From IMG/VR virus record IMGVR_UViG_3300014885_000008, positions 1 to 33,936 of that record: 33,936 bases of DNA; one strand, 5' to 3'. Under the pieces are notes generated by a model. The model was given only the letters and a program-made list of their open reading frames with translations, had not been told where the DNA came from and did no database searches. This document shows positions 32,471 through 33,936 of this stretch, piece after piece (positions within the stretch are counted from its first letter, which is position 1; each line of letters opens with the position of its first letter). Source of the DNA: a virus. Lineage: Duplodnaviria > Caudoviricetes. The translations under genes were made by a program, and so were the position numbers.

Positions 32471-33642
32471 AAATCACACTGGCCCCCGACTTAGAGCGGG
32501 CGCTGTTGCGGTCGATTGCCGAGGGCGTGCAGCCTCCATCCATCGTCCAACCGGACGAACTCAGCAAAAAGGCAAAAGCAATCCACGGCGCCCTAGTTTA
32601 TTTAATCAAGCGCGGGGCAAAACCCCCGCTGAAGCCGGCTTCAATAATGCTCGCGGCCAACAGCTTGTACGGCTTCCCCAAGTCTTCGGCCGAAGCATTC
32701 TTGCGGTCGTTTAAGGAGTTTCAAACAGGTGAAGAAATTGCTACGATCGTTCAAGCGGCACGGGAAAAATCTGCTCTGGCGAGTCTTATCAACGCGGCAG
32801 GAGAGCAACTCTCAACCGGAGTTCTTGATACCGGAGTTCTTGCGCGTGCCTTGGCAGAATCTTCCCCCAAGCACAACCGAGACGTTGTTAGTTTGGCAGA
32901 GCGGGTGGGGGACAAATTCACTTCGCCGCCGCATGGACTTGATCTCCTATCACTTCCTGAAATCACCAATGCTACAAATGGCCTGTCTGGAATATGGGTT
33001 ATCGGCGGCGAGCCTGGACTCGGAAAGTCTACGCTTGCTATGCAGATTGCTATCGACGCCGCGGCTCGCACCGCCGTTGACTATTACGATATCGACGGGA
33101 CAGGGGAAGCATATTTCATTGATCGCCTTAGACAAATCTTTGGTGGAAATATTAGTAAATTCCGAAAAGCGACGACCTCTTTTCGCTACCATGAAACCAT
33201 CGAAGACATTGACGCCCACACTCAGGTAAAGAAAAACCCCGGACTCCTCGTGATAGATAGCATTCAAACACTGCCCGTGTTGACGAAGTGGTCGAAGGAG
33301 TCCATGGACGATTGGCTGCGCCGATTCAAGGGGCTGATTCAGATCGGCTACACGCTGCTGCTAGTGTCGGAGAAAGCACGGTCCCAGTACGGCCAAGCGG
33401 AGCTAGGCGGCTACAAGGGGACAGGCGATATTGAATACTCTGGCACCCTTTGTGCTCACGTCCTCGCGGATGAGGACGATGACAGCGTGATTCGATTCAT
33501 CATCGTCAAGAACCGCCACGGCCCCATGAAGGGCCACGTGGTAAACCTGCTGCGTGACGATGAGAAAGTTTTCTGGTTCAAAGAGGAGAAGATCAAAACT
33601 TATGTTGACCGTAAGCAGAAACGAAAATCAAGTAGAGGTTAA
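32467..33642 (+). CDS. DnaB/RecA-superfamily replicative helicase
   Basis: Walker A GEPGLGKS, Walker B LLVIDSIQ, GTGDIEY, KNRHG. Confidence 0.88.
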   Translation: MKITLAPDLERALLRSIAEGVQPPSIVQPDELSKKAKAIHGALVYLIKRGAKPPLKPASIMLAANSLYGFPKSSAEAFLRSFKEFQTGEEIATIVQAAREKSALASLINAAGEQLSTGVLDTGVLARALAESSPKHNRDVVSLAERVGDKFTSPPHGLDLLSLPEITNATNGLSGIWVIGGEPGLGKSTLAMQIAIDAAARTAVDYYDIDGTGEAYFIDRLRQIFGGNISKFRKATTSFRYHETIEDIDAHTQVKKNPGLLVIDSIQTLPVLTKWSKESMDDWLRRFKGLIQIGYTLLLVSEKARSQYGQAELGGYKGTGDIEYSGTLCAHVLADEDDDSVIRFIIVKNRHGPMKGHVVNLLRDDEKVFWFKEEKIKTYVDRKQKRKSSRG

Positions 33643-33871
33643 AATATCCATACCCGTGCCTCTTACTAACGGTTACACGTACACCCTTAAATGGGCGGCC
33701 GTTGGCGGCGATGACCATGCCGGGTTTGTCGCGGGCAAGATGCAGGAGGCGATAGGCGACCACCTCATGAAGCAGCGGGAGATTTGGTATCTGAAGGGGT
33801 GGCACGATGCAAAATCCAAGAAGGTGCCTAAGCGCACTTGGTTTCCGAAGGTGTGGGAGTGGCTAAATTAG
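33602..33871 (+). CDS. Hypothetical protein
   Basis: ATG 33602; Y.KGWHDAK.K motif. Confidence 0.55.
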   Translation: MLTVSRNENQVEVKISIPVPLTNGYTYTLKWAAVGGDDHAGFVAGKMQEAIGDHLMKQREIWYLKGWHDAKSKKVPKRTWFPKVWEWLN

Positions 33872-33936
33872 TTCACGGTAAGAAGAAGGCCACGTCCCTC
33901 AAGGAATGGCTCATCTGGCAAATCCGACGACTGAGC
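33859..33936 (+). CDS. Partial CDS (5' end)
   Basis: GTG start, MAKLVHGKKKATSLKEWLIWQIRRLS, open to the window edge. Confidence 0.45.
   Translation, partial: MAKLVHGKKKATSLKEWLIWQIRRLS

Noticed and set aside
1-33936. Alternative genetic code / stop-codon reassignment
   Set aside because: Core genes are full length in code 11 and TAA, TAG and TGA all terminate genes at sensible positions; the tRNA-like gene has no suppressor anticodon

Overview
The window is an internal ~34 kb piece of a tailed dsDNA phage (podovirus-like) genome, with no host genes visible. The left half (1-16345, minus strand) is the late/morphogenesis arm: a putative small terminase, lipoprotein and holin-like genes, large terminase, P22-type portal, scaffold, N4-gp56-type major capsid, GH24 endolysin, tail adaptor, nozzle and tail-associated proteins. 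A divergent intergenic region (16346-16953) opens the right arm (plus strand). It starts with an AT-richer early island between two near-consensus sigma70 promoters, containing a SAM-lyase-like gene and an HhH glycosylase. After it come many small ORFs, a repeat array with an HTH gene, a serine recombinase, a sigma-like protein, TOPRIM primase, UDG-like domain, family A DNA polymerase, SSB-like protein, Acb2/Tad1-like protein, Cas4-like nuclease and a DnaB/RecA-type helicase. Most notable: (i) a ~285 nt closed, multi-branched non-coding RNA candidate; (ii) a 70 nt tRNA-like gene with a shortened anticodon arm; (iii) a UDG-PolA fusion split inside the UDG fold by a four-ORF insert; (iv) a 27-Cys tail protein next to a CxxC helical protein (possible phage disulfide system); (v) 12 AAGCTT sites in 2.25 kb of the early island; (vi) a probable ACG start codon on the glycosylase. 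All family calls come from motif recognition by eye, not from database searches.
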